Source: Macrostomum lignano
Taxonomy: Eukaryota
Direction: 5' to 3'
Length of the DNA: 64,000 bases
NCBI GenBank assembly: GCA_002269645.1
Contig: NIVC01000992.1
Span: 372,001 to 436,000, forward strand
A program made the position numbers and the translations under genes. The notes beneath the pieces are model-generated. The model worked only from the letters and a program-made list of their open reading frames with translations. It was not told the origin of the DNA and ran no database searches. This document shows positions 59,600-64,000 of this stretch, piece after piece (positions within the stretch are counted from its first letter, which is position 1; each line of letters opens with the position of its first letter).

Positions 59600-60085
59600 A
59601 AGGAGAGACGAGAGACGAGAGACGAGAGAGGAGAGACGAGAGAGGAGAGAGGAGAGAGGGAAGAGGGGAGAGGATTGAGGAGAGAGGAGAGAGGAGAGAA
59701 GAGAAAGGAGAAAGGAGAGAGGAGAGAGGAGAGAGGGGAGAGGGGAGAGGATTGAGGAGAGAGGAGAGAGGAGAGAAGAGAAAGGAGAAAGGAGAGAGGA
59801 GAGAGGAGAGAGGAGAAAGGAGAGAAGAGAAAGGAGAAAGGAGAGAGGAGATAGGAGAGAGGATTGAGGAGAGAGGAGAGAGGAGAGAAGAGAAAGGAGA
59901 TAGGAGAGAGGATTGAGGAGAGAGGAGAGAGGAGAGAAGAGAAAGGAGAAAGGAGAGAAGAGAGAGGAGAAAGGAGAGAAGAGAGAGGAGAGAGGAGAAA
60001 GGAGAGAAGAGAAAGGAGAAAGGAGAGAGGAGAGAGGAGAGTGGAGAGAGGAGATGAGAGAGGAGTATTGAAGAAAAGAAAAGAG
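59600..60085. repeat. AG-rich low-complexity tract
   Basis: Almost purely A/G, with gagaggagagaagagaaag-type units. Confidence 0.92.
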
Positions 60086-61256
60086 ACCTGATAAGCGACA
60101 TAAACCTTGAGCCGGCCAGCTTCCTATTGTGAATTTTCATCGGAGTTTGGCAGATTCCCTTACGCAGAGATTTGCCTCTAAGAGAATCTTTACTCAATAG
60201 CAACTTATAACGGTATATACGGCTGACCAAGTATTGTCCTCTTAAGCACACATGAAGAGAGACTTATAAACCTGAAATGCTGACTTATACGGAGCTTCAA
60301 AGGAACAAAAAACTGATTTTAATTTTTGCCGACCTGCCTGCTAGTGTACCTGTTTACAACCGGATTTTCAGTGCTGCTATATCCTGTTACTGGCTCTCGG
60401 AGAAGAGAGCAAACATACGGATACGACGCTTCAGTACTTCTCAACTCTCTTCTTTCTCCGGTTGCGATAGCTAAGCTTAATTTCGAGCTGGCAGAAGGCC
60501 AACATGCAAGCAGGCTATTCCATCAGCTCATTAACGAATGCAACGAGATTTCGTGAGCCGAATCTGCGTGAACACAAAAGTACGTGTGTACTGTCCCGCG
60601 CACAGTTTGCACTAATTAACCGCTGATTTCGTCTGGCTCCATTTTGCTTCATCAAATCAGAGCTTCGTTTGAATATTTGAATTTGAGAACCACAAAATAC
60701 GAATTGTCGTTCGTGTTGCTATTTCTGTACAATATGATTTATTTGTTTCTTTATTTGAGAATACAAACACTGAAAGTTTGAAGACAGTTGATTGTAGGAC
60801 AATGTCGCCCCAAGGACGACTAAAGTAACATAGGACGCAGGACTCAACTTTCGTGGAAAATTCAGTGAAGGCCAATTTCCGTCATCGTCTGTATAAGCCG
60901 AAATATAAGTTGTTTACATGTTTTATAATCGTCGCAAGAGATTATCGACTGGTGTAGCACATATACGCCATTTTACTCTTTTATAATGCATACTTATTTG
61001 ATTTTATTATATAAAGAGTTGCATCTCTCGTTTAAAAATGACTTATTATGTCGACGCCCTATACCATTGGATTTGATGTTATTCAAAGACATCAAACATT
61101 TGTAATTCTGTGCAAGTTGCTTGCACTTATAAACAAAACTAGTCAGAGGGCATTCACACTTTATGTATTGACAAAAGGATGGAGAATATTCGATATTTTG
61201 TTTATTCTGCGATTTTTAAAGCTTTAGGCCTACTATTTAGTTCATTTTAATAGCTA

Positions 61257-61792
61257 TTGGTTTTTGCATGCTAAGTGAGACATTTTTCAAGCAATCTGAG
61301 ACTGAATAGCAAAAACACTATTGTCTATGGCCACCCCTCGCTGCAGCCCAGCTTTTTGGGCGCGCCTTGCAAGTAAAGTGAGACATTTTTTTCAAGCTAA
61401 GTGCGAACCATATTGAAAACAAGGGGGTGGTTTTACGAAATTACAAAATGATGTACTGTCAGAAACTATATATTTTGCTCAACTATCTGCTCAACGGCGT
61501 TCCGCATTTCAGCATCCATTTTTGTTGACCCCGGCTTGCGGCCACCGCGTTGCAACGCATGGAATTCACCAGTAGCTGCGTAGCGACTCCATATCCGATA
61601 GGCCGTCTTCTTGTTCAGATTAAGGATTTTGGACGCAGTCGAAATTGAGTAACCATCTTCGACGGCATTGACCAGGTGCTCTCTATCCTCGTTGCTTGTT
61701 AGACGCAGTTGATTTGCCATAGCCCAGCCTTTGTTTTCAATATGGTTCTCACTTAGCTTTAAAAAATGTCTCACTTAGCATGCAAAAACCAG
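61257..61792 (-). mobile_element. Tc1/IS630-type DNA transposon, internally deleted (536 bp), retaining an N-terminal DNA-binding ORF (61720-61466)
   Basis: TIRs of about 30 bp ([C/T]TGGTTTTTGCATGCTAAGTGAGACATTTTT) are flanked by TA on both sides. The ORF MANQLRLTSNEDREHLV..SKILNLNKKTAYRIWSRY..TG..RGGRKP is a paired-like HTH followed by the GRPR-like motif. There is no DDE domain. Confidence 0.85.
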
Positions 61793-63821
61793 TAGTATAT
61801 TGTTCTGCATTAAAAATGTAAATAATGATCGTCAAACTGCGAAACAATGAGTGTAAAAATGCGATACAATGAGGACACTAGCAAAATGCATCCAAGGACC
61901 AGTTTAGTAATAACAGGACACAATACTCTAAGATCAAACGATTTTTGGAGGCCAATTTCCTGGGAAAAATACAACTGCGGAGATAGAAAAAATCTCCGTG
62001 AAAGTGCCGTGAAATTTTCTAATGAAATCGCCAATGCCACTTGTGAGTATTTGCAACATTGAGTTTATAAAATAAAAAGTATGAAAATGAGACTTTAACG
62101 GCACAATCATACAACAGAGTAACATGCGGTTTCCATTCCTCTCTAAAAACTACACGATCTTTAGAGTTTTATGTCCTGTTTTACAACAGTGGTCCTCGAA
62201 TGATCAAAGACACGACACAAGCCAGAATGCAACGAAATCAGCTTGGTACCAAAAAATCAGCTTGAACTTTTGTTTGGGCATGAGATTGATACTTCCGCTA
62301 CTTCAAATATATATTTCTACGAGTACTATTCTCTAGCCTGTTGTATATAAGGGAATAGAAGGGAACGCCTTTTCCTCGTGTCCTATTATATTATCCGTGC
62401 GACCGAATTTGTCCTAATTAGGAATGCTGCATACTTCTAGTCGAGACAGACTGCTCATACTTGTAGAAAAGCAGTTCTCGCACTCTATAATTAAAAAGTA
62501 TCTATGGATTCCGCATGACGGCTCCTTAGGCTACTAATGATGAAAGTCTTAAGATACAGGATTACGAAAATTAAGACTATAGAATTAGTAGGACAAAAGC
62601 TTTCTTTCTATACAAATCCCACCCATTCTATGTGAGCAAGTCTTGTGCCTTGAAAGGGAAAATAGAGGAGATAAGGATGTAGCGCGCTACCCTTGAGCTT
62701 GGGTGAATTTAAGCCTAGATTAACCCACCTGTCTATTTCATCAATTCAACAGTTTGAGCAGATATATGTAGATAGACGGATAATTAATTTCATTTAGATT
62801 TTGTACTTCGAACGTCAGTAAAATAATAAAATTGAAACTTAAACTGTCTAGATGAATCTCAGATACTACTCAAGTCTTGGCAAGTATAAAGCTCTAGCCG
62901 GCCGCTAACTAGACTTACATATGTGTATAATAAAAACTCAAACGAGGTAGAATACGCTTAGATGGTATTTTCCGATTAACCATATAATTATATTTAATAA
63001 CTGTGTTTTTGACGTTTGTATAAATAAGTAAGTAAGCGAATAAGCGAGCTACAAGCAGGGAGAATATAAGTCTGAGACGCTACGGTATAACAAGCTACTC
63101 CAATGCTCTTATTAATCTATTATACGCTCGTGTATATATCTTATGCCTATCTACTTGGTCTGAGACCAATATGCTAATATTAATAAATCAGTAGTCATGG
63201 CAGAGCTCAGTCTTACCCTTCGTTCACAGGTGTCTGCAGAAGCAATCGGCACGATTTGAAAACTAGTTGTTTAAGCAAGAAGTTAGTAGCTCGTAGAGAG
63301 AAAGAGTAAAGATTAGACATTTAACCCCTCGCTTATTTATAGTTAATTTTCCCGATGAAGTCCCTGTGAAACTGTCTGCGTTGTCACTTCCCACGTCTTC
63401 CCACGTCGCAATTCCGGCCGATTTTCACGGTCTCCCTCTCTCGTGCGACTTCTGAAATGTCTCTGTTTAAAAATGTAGTTGAACCCCACCCCACATACGA
63501 GTAAACAACCCCTTTAAAGTGGAAGCAGACTTTTAGGGTGGCCTGCACTCGCCCTTTGCACTGCCGTACTCGAGCGCTTGTGGCTTTTTGTAAGAGTGCA
63601 ACTGTCCACAACTGCTACACTCCAGCACGCTCTGATAACAGTGCAATTCTCTAATTCCCTAACCTAAAACCTAAGTCTTATTCCTAATAGTTCCTACGAT
63701 AGTTCCTAAATGACATTCGATTACCATCCTTATACTAAGGCCCGTGTCGTGTGAGTATATTTCCACCAGCAGCTGCGCGGGCTCTATATCTATCTATCTA
63801 TCTATATCTATATATAGCTAT

Positions 63822-64000
63822 CTATCTGGGGGATGCTTGCTATCTGGGGGATGCTTGCTATTTGGGGGATGCTTGCTATCTGGGGGATGCTTGCTATTTG
63901 GGGGATGCTATCTATCTGCGGGATGCTTGCTATCTGGGAGGATGCTTGCTATTTGGGGGATGCTTGCTATCTGGGGGATGCTTGCTATCTGGGGGATGCT
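63822..64000. repeat. 18-bp minisatellite (tatctgggggatgcttgc), cut by the window end
   Basis: About 10 tandem copies. Confidence 0.92.

Noticed and set aside
59469-60251. 260-aa Leu/Ser ORF and the antisense Glu/Arg ORFs
   Set aside because: They are translations of an AG-only low-complexity tract. The same applies to the ORFs over (AGAT)n, (CTGT)n and the 12.9-13.5, 33.9-34.8 and 53.1-53.7 kb arrays.

Overview
This is eukaryotic (metazoan) genomic DNA, not prokaryotic. It has spliceosomal introns, GC-rich exons in AT-richer introns, and a very heavy load of unrelated mini- and microsatellites. The style resembles a free-living flatworm such as Macrostomum lignano (inference, not verified). 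Reconstructing exons by hand gives about 14 protein-coding loci: a DEG/ENaC channel (5' part), a GT31 glycosyltransferase, an orphan class A GPCR, a TPMT-like methyltransferase, an i-type lysozyme with an extra N-terminal domain, BLOC1S5/Muted, a 9-exon RNase T2, two paralogous secreted proteins combining a PAN-like domain with an ALK/LTK-type glycine-rich domain, a clarin, a frameshifted Maf-family pyrophosphatase, an ABCG half-transporter, an orphan ORF and a 4-TM protein. Mobile DNA includes a CORE-domain tRNA-SINE (2 copies), a second tRNA-SINE family (one full-length copy with a 13-bp TSD, plus relatives), two hAT-type MITEs with 8-bp TSDs, a Tc1-like deletion derivative, a probable solo LTR and an RNase H-bearing retroelement remnant. 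Most long ORFs in the supplied track are artefacts of tandem repeats. There is no CRISPR array, rRNA or bona fide tRNA. The best leads are the kinase-free secreted ALK-type glycine-rich pair, the domain-fused lysozyme, the SINE superfamily domains, a GC-AG intron, an array of decoy splice acceptors and the Maf deletion. All family assignments rest on motif recognition from memory, with no database search.
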